Assembly (NCBI GenBank): GCA_951406725.2
Contig: OX597841.1
Span: 1,860,001 to 1,924,000, forward strand
DNA length: 64,000 bases
DNA from: Octopus vulgaris
Taxonomy: Eukaryota
Direction of reading: 5' to 3'
This document shows, one piece after another, positions 25,490-38,990 of the stretch (its first letter is position 1; each line of letters opens with the position of its first letter). The notes under the pieces were generated by a model. It searched no databases, was not told the origin of the DNA, and saw only the letters and a program-made list of their open reading frames with translations. A program made the translations under genes and the position numbers.

Positions 25490-25752
25490 GTCATCATCAT
25501 CATCATTTAGTGTCCGCTTTCCATGCTAGCATGGGTTGGACGGTTCAACTGGGGTCTGTGAAGCCAGAAGGCTGCATCAGGCCCAGTCTGATCTGGCAGT
25601 GTTTCTACGGCTGGATGCCCTTCCTAATGCCAACCACTCCGTGAGTGTAGTGGGTGCTTTTTACGTGCCACCCGGAGCTGGCAAACGGCCACGGACGGAT
25701 GGTGCTTTTTACGTGCCACCGGCACGGGGGCCAGTCGGAGCGGCGCTGGCAA
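25490..25752 (-). mobile_element. RTE-LINE 3'UTR-derived short element with (GAT)n tail (others at 27672-28000, 57745-58022, 58680-59070, 62401-62661)
   Basis: (cat)n ttagtgtccgctttccatgctagcatgggttggacgg...ggatgcccttcctaatgccaaccac has the same layout as the LINE 3' end at 35563. Confidence 0.8.
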
Positions 25753-25889
25753 TTAAATTTATATATAACCTTGAGACACAAATCTCAAAAACCAAATCTG
25801 TTTTTTCTCGAAGATGCACCATTTCAGAGCTTTTCCATCATATACATACATACACACACTCATTTATATAGTAGACGTGTGTGTGTGTG

Positions 25890-26320
25890 TATGAGAGGGT
25901 ACTGAATAGTTCCTCACTTTGAGTAAAAGAAAATAGAGGAGGATTAGTTAATTAGGTGCGGGCATGGCTGTGTGGTTAGGGAGCTTGCTTCCTAGCTACA
26001 TGGTTTCGGGTTCAGTCCCACTGCGTGGCATTTTGGGCAGGTGTCTTCCGCTATAGCCCTGAGTCGACCGAAGCTTTGTGATTGAATTCGGTAGGTGGAG
26101 GTTACTGCCGTGTGTGTATGTGTGCGTGTAGGTGCTCAGTGCCTCTCCGAAAGAGAGAGAGAGGGGATTTTATTCAACGTATTCCCCCTCTCAGATTCAA
26201 ACACTTATTGCAGTGATCCTTCGGTTTTTCTCAGCTCTGTCAAGGAACTAAGAATGTTGGGCCTCCAAGCAGGTCTTTTACGAGACCCTTAAAACCAGGA
26301 ACTTTACAGCACCCCTGATA
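25890..26320. mobile_element. mariner-type MITE with nested SINE A fragment
   Basis: Termini tatgagagggtactgaatagttcc / ggaactttacagcacccctgata. Same family as 51039-51259. Confidence 0.65.
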
Positions 26321-26422
26321 AATACACACACTCACACACGAGGGCATGCTGAAAAGTTCCTGGCTTTGGGTAAAAGAAAATACAGAAAGGATCAGTTCAG
26401 TTATGGTTTTATTCAACATATT

Positions 26423-26797
26423 CAGGAGTGGCTGTGTGGTAAGTAGCTTGCTTACCAACCACATGGTTACGGGTTCAGTCCCACTGTGTGGCATCTTGGG
26501 CAAGTGCCTTCTGCTATAGCCCCAGGCCGACAATTGCCTTGTGAGTGGATTTGGTAGACGGAAACTGAAAGAAGCCTGTCATATATATGTATATATATAT
26601 ATATATGTGTGTTTGTCCCCCTAGCATTGCTTGACAACCAATGCTGGCGTGTTTACGTCCCTGTCACTTAGCGGTTCGGCAAAAGAGACGGATAGAATAA
26701 GTCCCGGAGTCAATTTGGTCGAGTTGCTCGATTAAAAGGCGGTGCTCCAGCATGGCCGTGGTCAGATGACTCAAACAAGTAAAAAGAGTAAAGAGTA
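26423..26797 (+). mobile_element. SINE family A, full length
   Basis: caggagtggctgtgtggtaagtagcttgc ... aaacaagtaaaaagagtaaagag. Confidence 0.9.
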
Positions 26798-28144
26798 AAT
26801 CTAAATATTTTCAGCACCCCAATTTTTATTTAAACAATTTTAGCCATAACCCAAAGCCCTCATTCTAAGTGCTTCCACCAAACACTAACTTTAACAATTT
26901 AGCATTTAAACTGGCCATATCCAGTTAAAATAATCTACCTGTATTATCTTCAAACTGACTAGTTCCAACCTCTCATACCTACCCTACAATATTATTCTAA
27001 AAATAAACAATCACATCATCGAAATCTTGGAACTATGAGATAATACGTGATTAATTTAAAACAACATGAATAAATAAGCACTGCACTTGACAAAGAACTC
27101 TGAATGTTAAAGGATTAAATCCTAAATGTAAGGCCCTATTTCAAAGTTCAAAGTTTCTTAAACCCTAATACCAACCCTAATCCTACTCCTATATCCTAAT
27201 ACCAATCCCAGGTCCAAAGACTATATTTTATGTAGATTAGCATTCTGGTATGTTTAAAACATACTTTCAAAGATAAAACTGAAAATGAAAAAGTGTCATT
27301 GGGTACATATTTTGAAATGAATGGAACAAAGATGATAAAGACTTGCAATTTGGAAGTATAAAATATAAAAGAATATGAAAAAAAATTTGAGGAAAAGATA
27401 TAGAAGTTATGTGAGACATTTATTTGATACTTTGTAAAGTAATATTAAAGCAGCAGACATGCCTGCATTGTACTATTAGGCCAACATGGAACACCTGGGT
27501 TCTTGCAAAGAATAATTGAGGATCTTTTTTCCATATAAATCTTTGATGTGACAAATGGTTTGCAAGGCTTCAAGAGACACGTGTGTCCATAGAACATAAT
27601 TACCACTTTATTTTATAAACCCTCATTAGTCGTTCATGACTAGAGAAACCATCACACACACACACATATATATCATCATCATCATCGTTGAACGTCCGTT
27701 TTCCGCGCTAGCACGGGTTGGACGGTTCGACCGGGGTCTGGGAAGCCAGGAGGCTGCACCAGGCTCCAGTCTGATCTGGCAGTATTTCTACAGCTGGATG
27801 TCCTTCCTAACGCCAACCACTCCGTGAGTGTAGTAGGTACTTTTTACGTGCCAGGGGAGTCTGGCAGTGGCCACGATCGGTTGGTGCTTTTAACGTGCCA
27901 CCGGCACGGAAGCCAGTCAAGGCGGCGCTGGCATCGGCCACGTTCGGATGGTGCTTTTTACATGCCACCGGCACAGAAGCCAGTCAAGGCGGCGCTGGCA
28001 TATATATATATATTGTTTTGCCAACCTGTATAACACTATTTTGCCATACTATATTCATATTTATATTGCATTTGTAGGTTTCCCATTTTTCGGTATGACT
28101 TCACCTCTTAATTGCTATTTCTTCCTCTTATTTACTGCAAATCT

Positions 28145-28995
28145 AATACTTCCTAATAAACAATGTTACCTATTTTACTAGAAGGAGCATAAACAAATAG
28201 ATGGTGTGGCCTTCCAACTTTTGTACATGCAACATATAGTTGCCCATATGAGAAACAATGTTCTTCAAATTGAAGCTCAGTAACAACTAAAGTTTGTCCT
28301 TGTGAGGAGTGGCTGTGTGGTAAGTAGCTTGCTAACCAGCCACATGGTTCCGGGTTCAGTCCCACTGCGTGGTACCTTGGGCAAGCGTCTTCTGCTATAG
28401 CCCCGGGCCGACCAATGCCTTGTGAGTGGATTTGGTAGACGGAAACTGAAAGAAGCCCGTCATATATATGTATGTGTGTGTGTGTTTGTGTGTCTGTGTA
28501 TGTCTCCCTAGCATTGCTTGACAGCCGATGCTGGTGTGTTTACGTCCCCGTCACTTAGCAGTTCGGCAAAAGAGACGGATAGAATAAGTACTGGGCTTAC
28601 AAAGAATAAGTCCCGTGGTCGATTTCCTCGACTAAAGGCGGTGCTCCAGCATGGCCGCAGTCAAATGACTGAAACAAGTAAAAGAGTAAAAGAGAGAGTA
28701 TGACAAAATTGAATTTTCTGGAAGCTACAGCCTTTTGAATATAAAAGGTATTTCTGTGTCAGACAGTATCAAGCGTATTCTGGGTATAAAAACATCTTCC
28801 CCCATAGAAGAGCCAATTACAATAGTGGCTTGGATAATATGAAACATTAATTTTTTTTTCACCACCAGTCTCATGCCATTACACAACCAAGGCTGGTCAC
28901 AGTTCTGTAGTAACATTAGATAGATCCTACTTTTAAAAGAAGTTGGTGTGGTGAGAGCCAAGGAGGTGCCAAAGAATTTAAGAATTCAACAATAG
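28145..28995 (-). mobile_element. Helitron PIF1-helicase C-terminal relic, split by a SINE
   Basis: PWLCNGMRLVVKK...GEDVFIPRIRLILSDTEIPFIFKRL (28961-28725) continues as QGQTLVVTELQFEEHCFSYGQLYVACTKVG (about 28300-28153). These match the Helitron LCNGTRL / VFIPRI / GQLYVA motifs. Confidence 0.85.
28303..28700 (+). mobile_element. SINE family A, young full-length copy
   Basis: tRNA-like head (ggttccgggttcagtccc), CORE-like ccttgggcaag, internal (TA/TG)n and an aaagagta tail. Near-identical to 35162-35555 and 60300-60680. Confidence 0.92.
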
Positions 28996-29587
28996 GATAA
29001 AAGAATTATTTCCCCTTGAAATTTTGAAAATTTTTTTTTAGCCTTTTCTAAACAAAACATTCTTTTCTTACTACTTATAAATTAAGGTCTGCCGTTTTCT
29101 TTTTTAATTACAGAGAATGTTAACACATAATCAATATGTTTCTCCTGTACATTGTTTTCTTGAGCAAAACACTTCATCTTATGCTGCTCTGTGATAATTT
29201 CAACATCTGAGATGTGGCACCCCATGCATAGATTTGATGGAAGGTGTGAGCTAATGTACAGCACAAACATTTGATCACAATAAACAGATCGTCTCCATGG
29301 GTTTTTCAGCAAGAAACTGCAGAACTGTCTTTCTTGGCCTCGTTTATTAATATATCAACTGCAAGTTTCTCATTGAGAAATATGGGTTTCCCAGATATTT
29401 TAGTGAAAGACTGGAACTTGGTGCAGCTCTGGCCAAACCATCCAACTCATGCTAACAAGGGACAATGGATGTTAAATGATAATGATGACTCTCTTAAATA
29501 AGAGCAGATTTCCAGACAACAGATGAGAAATCAAATAGAATGATTTCCAACTTATTTAACCATAACAAATGTTCTTCAATGTCTACA

Positions 29588-30005
29588 TAATAATAATAAT
29601 GATGAAATTATTGTATACAGTGCTCAGGTGCACCACAACTTGTCAGAAAGTGCGTGTAAAGTATATGCAGTAATGTGCAAATGTCTGGGAAGTGAACAGT
29701 GTATGAGTCAGATACATGCTTGTGTGTGTATGGAGGGGAGAAAATCAGGTGTAGTGTTGGCGAATCTCAGAAAGCATGGAAGTTTTGAAGTATGCAGTGC
29801 TCCGACAACTAACAACTGATGCCGGCAGTTTGTTCCATGCTTCAGTAACTGTTAGCGTGAAAAAATGTTTCCTGAAGTCATGGGAGCTGTGCTGTTTTCT
29901 GACTTTGTAAATATGTCCACGGGTGTTAGACGGGTGGAGTTTGAAAAGGTGCTCAGAGTTATTGTTTGTAAGATGGTTGATAATTTTATGGGTGTCTGCC
30001 AAGTC
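29588..30005 (-). mobile_element. CR1 LINE 3' end
   Basis: ORF 29745..30002 reads TRGHIYKVRKQHSSHDFRKHFFTLTVTEAWNKLP, with an (ATT)n tail at about 29590. Confidence 0.88.
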
Positions 30006-30067
30006 AGCTGCCCGACGGAGTTACATGTTAGTGGACGATAAATTTAGATTAGCCAGAGAAACATTTT

Positions 30068-31153
30068 TCAAGTCTCATCTTTAACAGATTTCTCTCCAGA
30101 GTGTATTTGTTTGTGTCTTTTTAAAAGACTCTCAGTTATAAATGATTTCTCACATATTTCACAATGAAAGATATTTTCCCCAGTGTGAATTCTTCTGTGT
30201 TTCGTTAAATAACGATTACACACAAAATACTTATCACATATTTCACATTTGAATGGCTTTTGTCCTGTGTGTCTCTTTCTATGTCTGTTTAGATCACTTT
30301 TAGACACAAAAGCCTTCCCACAGATTTCACACTGATAAGGTTTTTCTCCCGAGTGGATTCTTTCGTGAACCACAAGATGGGAATTCTGAGTGAAAGATTT
30401 CCCACAAATTTCACAGTGAAATGGGTTTTCACCTGTATGAATCCGTTCATGCTCTGTTAAATTACTCTTCTTACCAAAAGACTTCTCGCATATATCACAG
30501 TGATACGGCTTTTCTCCAGTGTGACTACGTTTGTGAATTATCAACTGTGAATTATCAATATATGTCTTCCCACAGACTTCACACTGATGCAGTTTATCTC
30601 CTCCATGTATCTGTTTATGTCTTTTCAAGTGGCTGTTAGTTATAAAAGATTTGCCACATATATCACAGTAAAATGGTTTCTCCCCTGTATGGATTTGCAC
30701 ATGGACTGCAAGATGGGAATTATTACTGAAGGATTTCCCACAGATTTCACAACGGAATGGTTTTTCCCCAGTGTGGATTCGTTTGTGAACGACAAGATTA
30801 GAATTATCAGTGAAAGATTTCCCACAGATTTCACAGTGAAACGGTTTTTCTCCAGTGTGACTACGTATGTGGATAACAAGATGAGAATTTTGACTGAAAG
30901 ATTTCTCACACATTCCACACTGAAACTGTTTTTCTCCAGAATGCATTTCTTTGTGTGTTAAAACTTCTTGTTCTGAAGAGAAAGTTTCCTTACAAATTTC
31001 ACAACTATGTTCAGGAATATTTCTGTACAATGGCTCTTGTTTGACAAATGTTTCACTAGGTACATCTTCCTCATCTCTGTCTGTCTCTCTAACTGTATCT
31101 ATATTGTTAAAAACAGTTGTATTAGAAGTATCCAAGTGATTAACATTCTCCAT
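30068..31153 (-). CDS. C2H2 zinc-finger protein, 11 fingers, acidic N-terminal leader
   Basis: [16 protein letters not shown] start (the ORF has an alternative upstream start at 31162), 11 fingers and C-terminus KSVKDET. Confidence 0.95.
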   Translation of the reverse strand: MENVNHLDTSNTTVFNNIDTVRETDRDEEDVPSETFVKQEPLYRNIPEHSCEICKETFSSEQEVLTHKEMHSGEKQFQCGMCEKSFSQNSHLVIHIRSHTGEKPFHCEICGKSFTDNSNLVVHKRIHTGEKPFRCEICGKSFSNNSHLAVHVQIHTGEKPFYCDICGKSFITNSHLKRHKQIHGGDKLHQCEVCGKTYIDNSQLIIHKRSHTGEKPYHCDICEKSFGKKSNLTEHERIHTGENPFHCEICGKSFTQNSHLVVHERIHSGEKPYQCEICGKAFVSKSDLNRHRKRHTGQKPFKCEICDKYFVCNRYLTKHRRIHTGENIFHCEICEKSFITESLLKRHKQIHSGEKSVKDET

Positions 31154-31734
31154 ATCAATCATTGGGGAAGCTGAGAAATATCTGTAAGTTAATCCGATAC
31201 GGTTCAGTTTCTTGTCTTAGCTATCACAGACGTCTATTTACAAGTGTGGAACACATGTACCATATGTAAATTTTCAACTCACTGTTCGAATGTTTGTTGC
31301 TGACCTGGTTCTCTCAAACAGACACACGTTTTGTTGTAGACAGAAGGTCTTCTGTTTGTACATTAAGAAATATGGATATGGTTAATGGATGTCATGTTAC
31401 TTGAAAATTTATAACAATGTTCAGGATTGGTGGCTCATATTCTAGTAAAATTGGTGTTCACTGACCACAAGTTGATATGGGGCATTCGGCTACCACAAAC
31501 TGTAAAATAAGATGTAACTATGTAAGATGATGTACAAAGTGTGCATATGTATATGTGTATGTGTGTATAATTTTGATGTCAACTAAAATGTGGTACAAGC
31601 AATAAATGATTTAACCCTTTAGCATTCAGATTATTCTGTCAAATGTAAAGCTTATTTATTCACACTGTTTTGAAGTAATCATGTATTATCGAATAACTCC
31701 AAGATTCCAACGATGTGATTGTTTATTTTTACAA

Positions 31735-32375
31735 CCAAGATCAAAAAGTTAACAGAAGAAATGACAGATATATGCAGACCCTTCTGAAATTTCAAGTGTT
31801 ATGCATACAAAATTTCCTGCAATTGTCATGGTTTTAGGGGTTGTCAGCAATGAAAGACATGTGATGCCTCCTGACCTCTTTCCACAAGGCCTTAGGGATA
31901 ACTCTGCTGCCTACATTGAGGTCCTGGAAATAATTAAGCCCTGGATAGACAGTGTATGTAGTGGAAGGCCATATGTGTTTCATTAAGACTGCACTATCAC
32001 ACATGGCTCTAGTAAGGCAGGAATGGATGGCTGAAAATTTTCATGACCACATAACCCTTAACATCTGGCCTCCTAATTCCCTAGATCTCAATCCACTGGA
32101 CTATTACATATGGAGTCAATGAACACACCCATAACACCAAAGATTCTTTGAAAGCTGCCATAGTCAGAGTAATGTCCACAATGAACCAGGACCACTTGAT
32201 TCAAGCATGTGGATGATTTAGATCTCATATAGAAGCAGTTGTTGAAGCTGAAGGTGGGTTGAATAACATTATAGAAAAGAAGGTTTATTTTTATCCTCAT
32301 AGAAATTTTTGATAAATAAAGTTATCTGTTTTTTATAAATATAAATCTGTTCTCAAATATCTTACGCACCCTGTG
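31735..32375 (+). mobile_element. Tc1/mariner-superfamily (DD37D/maT-like) transposase relic with right TIR
   Basis: NRRNDR...TKFPAIVMVLGVVSNE...YIEVLE..IKPWI...YVFH*D...WPPNSLDLNPLDY, ending cttacgcaccctg before (TA)n. Confidence 0.85.
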
Positions 32376-35161
32376 TATGTGTATATATATATATATATAT
32401 ATAAGCATGCCTATACGTGTGTGCCCCCATCCTGAATTGGTTTCCACATAACTTCCAGAAAAATTGATATTTTTTCTTGAAATTTTCTAAAAATACTTTT
32501 CAGGTGTACACTTCAATTATTTCGGAATTTGTTTCGAAAAACATTTTCCGGGACTGGGGAGAGGAATTTCAGAAAATTCACACCAGTGGGCTTTGTTTCC
32601 TCATAACTTATGGTCACTTTTCTTAATCAATTTTTTTACAAATACCTTTCAAAGTGTGTAAATCACGATTATATCAGAATCTGATGAAAAAAGAAACATA
32701 TTGAGCATGCACACATACATATTGGAGCACTTGTTTTTTTTCGAAATTTCAAGTTTCGTTTTCTAGATATATGTAATGAGTGTTGGTATGTATGTCTGCG
32801 AACCCATCAATTTTTGTTTTATTTCATCACCTTGATAATTAAATATTTCATTTCATCACAGTTTACATCGTTAATTGGATGCAATCGCTTTTAGTTGACA
32901 TCGAAAATTCATATAATTCGTGTGTGCATCTCTAATTTTGTGTGCGTGGAGATAAAGTTTTAAGAAAATTAGAAAACACGAAGAAGCCAACGAAGGTCAA
33001 AACAGCAGAAATTCAAATAACCCTTTTCTATTTCTAAACAGACACTGAAATATTACGAAATACAAATCCAAAAGTAATTTGTTGACCAACTGGTTGAAGG
33101 TTGGGACTACCACGAGTAAGGCAGGAGAGGAAATTCTGCAGACAAGTGGCCAATGATGTTCGTCTGCGGACGACGCAAAAGGTTAACAGAACTTCTTCGT
33201 TCCAGAACATCTTATATCGTTAATTAGTGGCAATTCATTTTAATTAATATATTATTTGTGTGCGTATATAAGTAAAAGGAAACGAATAAATAACACAAAG
33301 AAGCCAATTTTGTTTACAACAAATCGTTACAAGATGTGAACATTAACCCAAAGCAATAAACGCAGTCACCTCGCTCTAATTATCAACAGACTGAATATTA
33401 TGAAATATATACAACGATAATAATTAATTACTTTTCGTTTTCAGTTAAAAATTAACCCAAGAATGTGTTGTCTCCACTGATAGTAATCACTTAATCAATA
33501 AGTTCGATTAGTGAATAATCTGACTGGTCTGTATTTTTCCCAGTGACTAACCAAGCGTAACATACCGTTAAAGTGTTTGTTATGCGTAACGACAGTGTTT
33601 TGTTGTCATAATGCAAGTGCAACGAATTAATGTGATAATGCAGATCAATATTTGCTTTATTATTAATATGGACACTTAGTATATATCGATTATGTTTTTA
33701 CAGTGTTACGGCTGAGGTATTCTGTAGCTGCTCACTACAGATGGGTAGAGTTAGAATACAAACTATTTATATCAAGAAATGTCACTGATATCCGATTGAC
33801 ATGCTAGAAATAATAGTGAAAAGAAGACAATTTCGTTAGTAAAGCCCTGCTATATGGAAACGTGACAGTCACGGCTGAAACGCTTTTGAACATAGACTCT
33901 GATCGACTGAGGAGTCCTGGGACTTAACACCCTCTTGGCTTCTACTTTACCCAGAACGTCTAACCAAATAATAAGAGCTTTCATCCGGTACCCACTTCAA
34001 ATTGAACATCATCAAAGCTACTTGTCCTGATAACATTAACATTGTTTAATGTTTCTAGTTTAAACAACACAACTACCAAGTGTAAAATTTCGTTAAAGCG
34101 TTTGTGTTAGATGTGTTTAAGATACTTACGAGACGATATCATTATGTATGGGGTGAACTAAAGAGATTCAGATGTAACAACGGCATAGAGTAGAAGTTTC
34201 TGAAGTAAATCATTCAACAATGTTATTTGAATATATATAGCGAGGGACATACAGAGTTATTATACATACTTTCGTACTCTTATCTATTATTAGGTTTGGG
34301 TTCTTTTTTTACATTTTTTTTTACTTTTTACCTTAGCTTATTTAAGTCATTAGGCTGCAGCCATGCTGGGGCACTTCCTCGAAAAGTTCTAGCCAAAAGA
34401 ATTGACGCCAATCCTTTTTTTTTTAGCCGACTAAATATTCTGTCAGTTGTTTTTGCCAAACTGCTTAGACACGGTGACATAAACAAATCAGCACCGGTTG
34501 TCAAGCGATATGCCCCGCCTCCCCCCACCCTCACCGGACATAAACGTGGTTAGAAAAATACAAGAGAAAGAAGACATCAATTGCAAATCCAGTCCCCAAT
34601 AAACACTTTCAGCTTTATACCTATTGAAGCAACAGGATACATACCAACCCATCTGGAGCAAAGTATGGTTGAATTCGGAATCTTAGGGAAAGAAGGCAAA
34701 TCCTTAACTTATATGCTACAAATGTTCATGAAATCTGGAACTATAAAAAATTTGCAAGACCTTCAGATTTAAAGGATGATAGTTAAATCAAGATACTTTC
34801 CTTCACAACCTTGCTACCAAATTGGTGGCCGGTCAAAATTCACTCTAAATTAAAAAGAGAAAGAGAAGAACACACACACACACGAGAGGGGCTTCTTTCA
34901 GTTTCCATCCACCAAATCTGCTCACAAGCTTTTGGTCAGCCTGGGCTGATAGTAGAAAGCACTTGCTTGCCCCAGGTGCCATGCAGTCGGACTGAACCAG
35001 GAACCATGTGGTTGGGAAGCAAATTTATTACTACAGAACTACAAATAATAAAAAGAAAAGCTTAATATAATATATAACATTATATAACTAATATAAGTTG
35101 TTTTTATGATGAAATGATTCAGTATTTTAATGTTTGTATGTGTGTGTGTACATGCATATAT

Positions 35162-35555
35162 TACTCTCTTTTACTCTTTTACTTGTTTCAGTCATTTGAC
35201 TGCGGCCATGCTGGAGCACCGCCTTTAGTCGAGCAAATCGACCCCGGGACTTATTCTTTGTAAGCCCAGTACTTATTCTATCCGTCTCATTTGCCGAACC
35301 GCTAAGTGACGGGGACGTAAACACACCAGCATCGGTTGTCAAGCAATGCTAGGGGGACAAACACACACACATACACATATATATACATATATACGACAGG
35401 CTTCTTTCAGTTTCCGTCTACCAAGTCCACTCACAAGGCATTGGTCGGCCCGAGGCTATAGCAGAAGACACTTGCCCAAGATGCCACGCAGTGGGACTGA
35501 ACCCAGAACCATGTGGTTCGTTAGCAAGCTACTTACCACACAGCCACTCCTGCGC
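35162..35555 (-). mobile_element. SINE family A, young full-length copy
   Basis: Reverse complement of 28303-28700. Confidence 0.92.
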
Positions 35556-35562
35556 CTATATA

Positions 35563-37080
35563 TCATCATCATCATCGTTTAACGTCCGTTCTCCATGCTA
35601 GCATGGGTTGGACGGTTTGACCGGGGATCTGGGAAGCCAGAAGGCTGCACCAGGCTCCAGTCTTATCTGGCAATGTTTCTACAGCAGGATGCCCTTCCTA
35701 ACGCCAACCACTCCGTGAGTGTAGTGGGTGCTTTTTATGTGCCACCCGCACAGGTGCCAGGCGAGGCTGGCAACGGCCACAGTCGGATTGGTGCATTTTA
35801 CGTGCCACCGGCACGGGAGCCAGACGAGGCGGCGCTGGCATCGGCCACGATTCGGATAGTGCTTTTTACGTACCACCAGTCCAGGGGTCCTGGCATCTGC
35901 CGGGTGCCAGTCATAGGATTGGTTCAATTTCGATTCCGATTTCGATTTCACTTGCACCAACATGTCTTCGTGAGCAAAGGGGGTTGGCATGGGTGCCTGT
36001 CGTCGGATGAGGTTCGATATCGACTTTGCTTGCCTCAACAGGTCTTTGTGTCCAAGGGAGGAAAGGCATGCATAAGTGGGCTGGGCTCACTTGTCCTGCC
36101 TGGTCTTCTCACGTACAGCATATTTCCAAAGGTCTCGGTCGCTGGTCATTTCCTCAGTGAGGCCTAAAGTTCAAAGGTCATGCTTCACCACCTCGTCCCA
36201 GGTTTTCCTGGGTCTACCTCTTCCACGGGTTCCCTCAACTGCTAGGGATTGGCACTTTTTCACACACCTATCTTCATCCATTCTCGCCACATGACCATAC
36301 CAGCGCAATCGTCTTTCTTGCACACCACATCTGATGCTTCTTAGGTACAACATTTCTCTCAAGGTACTAACGCTCTGTCAAGTATGTACACTGACATTAC
36401 ACATCCATCGGAGCATACTGGCTTCATTCCTCGCGAGCTTACGCATGTCCTCAGCAGTCATGGCCCATGTTTCACTGCCATGTAGCATGGCTGTTCGTAC
36501 ACATGCATCATACAGTCTGCCTTTTACTCTGAGCGAGAGGCCTTTAGTCACCAGCAGAGGTAAGAGCTCCCTAAACTTTGCCCAGGCTATTCTTATTCTA
36601 GCAGTTACACTTTCAACGCACCCACCCCCACTACTGACTTGGTCACCTAGATGACGGAAGCTATCAACTACTTCTAGTTTTTCCCCCTGGAAAGTGACAG
36701 AAGTTGTTTTCTGCAGATTTTCGGAGGTTAATGCTCCCGAGCATCTGCCACATACAAAAACTATCTTCCCAGTTAGCCTACCTTTGACATTGCTGCACCT
36801 CTTATGTGTCCATAGCTTACACTGGGTACATCTTATAGAGTTTCTACCCACACCTTTTCTACAGATCGAGCAGGGCCATCTTCCTGAAGACATTTGTGGA
36901 TTGTCTACCTTCCTACTTATTAGTTCTTTGGTTTTAGCTAGGTTGACTCTAAGGCCCCTCGATTCTAAACCCTCCTTCCACACCTGGAACTTCTCCTCCA
37001 GTTCTGATAGTGACTCAGCAATTAGAGCAAGGTCGTCAGGGCAACCTGTCTTGAATTCCTCTGTAATTGCCTGGAGGACT
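35563..37080 (-). mobile_element. RTE-clade LINE, 5'-truncated (RT C-terminal half, 3'UTR, (GAT)n tail)
   Basis: ORFs 36378..36983 (GLRVNLAKTK, CPHD-like Cys cluster, LEVVDSFRHLG, YDACVRTAMLHGSETW) and 36171..36362 (RRLRWYGHVARM, RGRGRPRKTW), flanked by (TA)n. Confidence 0.92.
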
Positions 37081-37104
37081 ATATATATATATATAAGGAA
37101 GGTT

Positions 37105-38260
37105 GGGGGGGTTAGACTTTTGTTGATATGGAGAAAGCCTTCAATAGGATCCCCTGCTCCCTTATCTGGTGGTCATTGCCGAAACTATGGCTGGTGAGAG
37201 CTGTACAAGTCATGTACAGAGATGCTCTCAGTAAGGTAAGGGTTGGTAATGAAAATAGCAATGAATTCAGCATTCAAGTAGGGGCCCACCAAAGATCAGT
37301 CCTAAGCACTCTCTTGTTCATCATAGTCCTCCAAGCAATAACAGAGGAATGTAAGTCAGGCTGCCCCTTGGAGCTCTTTTATGCTGATGACCTTGTTCTA
37401 ATAGTTGATTCACTATCAGAACTGGAGAAAAAATTTCTGGAGTGGAAGCAAGGTCTGGAATTAAAGAGCCTTAGAGTTAATTTAGCAAAAACCAAAGTCT
37501 TAGTAGGAAAGCTGTCATATCACAAATCTTTTCTGGGGGACGATCCACCTCAATATGAAGAAAAGGTGTAGGTAGAAACTCCATAAGGTGTACCCGTTGC
37601 AAGCTATTGACACATAAATGGTGTAGCAATATCAGAGGAAGGTTAACAAGGAACAGAGTCTTTGTGTGTGGCAGATGCACATGTACAGTAAACACTAGGA
37701 ATATACAGAAAATAGATTCCATCAAACACCAGGTGGGGAAAACTAGTAGTTGATAGTTCTTGTTATCTAAGTGACCAAGTCAGCAGTGGAGAGGGATGCT
37801 CCAAGAAAATTGCTGCTAGAATAAGAATAGGCTAGGCAAAGTTCAGAGAGCTTCTATCTTTGTTGGCAGAATGAAAGGCAGATTATATGATGCCTGTGTG
37901 CAAACAGCCATGCTACATGGCAGTGAAACATGGGCTGTGATGGCAGAATACATGCAAAAGCTTGAAAGAAATGAATCTAGAATACTCCACTAGATGTGCA
38001 ATGTCAGTGTGCATGTACGACTGAGTGTAAGTGTCTTGAGAGAAAAATTGATGTGGTGTGCAACTGTGCTGGTATAGTCATGTGATGCACATGGATGAGG
38101 ACAGCTGTGTGCATCCCTGTGGACAAGGTAGACCCAGGAAGACATGGGATGAGGTGGTGAAGCATGATCTTCGATTGTATGGTCTCACGGAGGCGATGAC
38201 GAGTGATCATGACCTTTGGCAATTTGCTGTGCTTAAGAAGACTCATCAAACCAAGTGAAA
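37105..38260 (+). mobile_element. RTE-clade LINE, older degenerate fragment
   Basis: MEKAFNRIP...GAHQRSVLSTLLFIIVL...LFYADDLVL...GRPRKTWDEVVKHDL, with frameshifts. Confidence 0.9.
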
Positions 38261-38289
38261 TTGTAGTTGTGGCATATGATATGATATTC

Positions 38290-38990
38290 AAAGGCAGTCT
38301 GGATTGATGTTAAGCCCCTTTCCCCTTGTTTTCATTTTAGGAAGAGGCAGCTACATCACTATTGATGTGGAAATTATGTACGCTGGTCAGTATCTTCTGG
38401 ATTTTCACATCAATGGCTTGGATCGCATCAAGTGTCCAATCAGGTAGCCCAAATGTTGGTATGAGTACTGGTACTACAAACATTGTTATATTGAATGCAG
38501 AGTTCCGAGGTCCATATTTTCTTCATTCAGCTGTACTATTCTTCAGTGACACGTGTTTTGTTACAGGTGTCATTGTAACATATGTTTTCATCCACCCCTA
38601 GATACTTGTAACATTCCTCATCAGATGTAGTTAAGTCATTGATGGAGATGTTGCTTGTCTGGTTTACAATTTTTCCTTCTTTTCACAACCATATAGCAAC
38701 ATTTATTCTGGCCAAACTCCAAATCTACACTCTTTGAGAACGTTGTAAACATGTCAAGGCTGTTTTTCATCTCATGCATATTCTTTGCATATAGTTTGAA
38801 GTCATCCACAAAGAAATAGATTTTGGTATTTCTGTTTCCTTGTGAACCAGTGAGACATCTTGAACACTTCAAAATTATATTTTTGATCATATAAACCATT
38901 TCAAATATTATTTTAGCAAGTTTTAAATTATTGTAATGTTTTTTGTGTGTGGCATAAACCATTTGCCATCTCTGTGGTACCTTTCTTCCC
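38290..38990 (-). mobile_element. R4/Dong-like non-LTR retrotransposon RT relic
   Basis: FFVDDFKLYAKN...FSKSVDLEFGQNKC (ORF 38636..38962), followed by YKYLG and KKIWTSEL-like segments. Confidence 0.7.

Noticed and set aside
27160-27210. Telomere-like ccctaa repeats (also 39417-39435)
   Set aside because: There are only 2-3 degenerate units, and the second case is internal to a MITE.
28303-28380. tRNA gene at SINE heads
   Set aside because: A/B-box-like motifs are present but there is no full cloverleaf, and the sequence continues into the SINE body.
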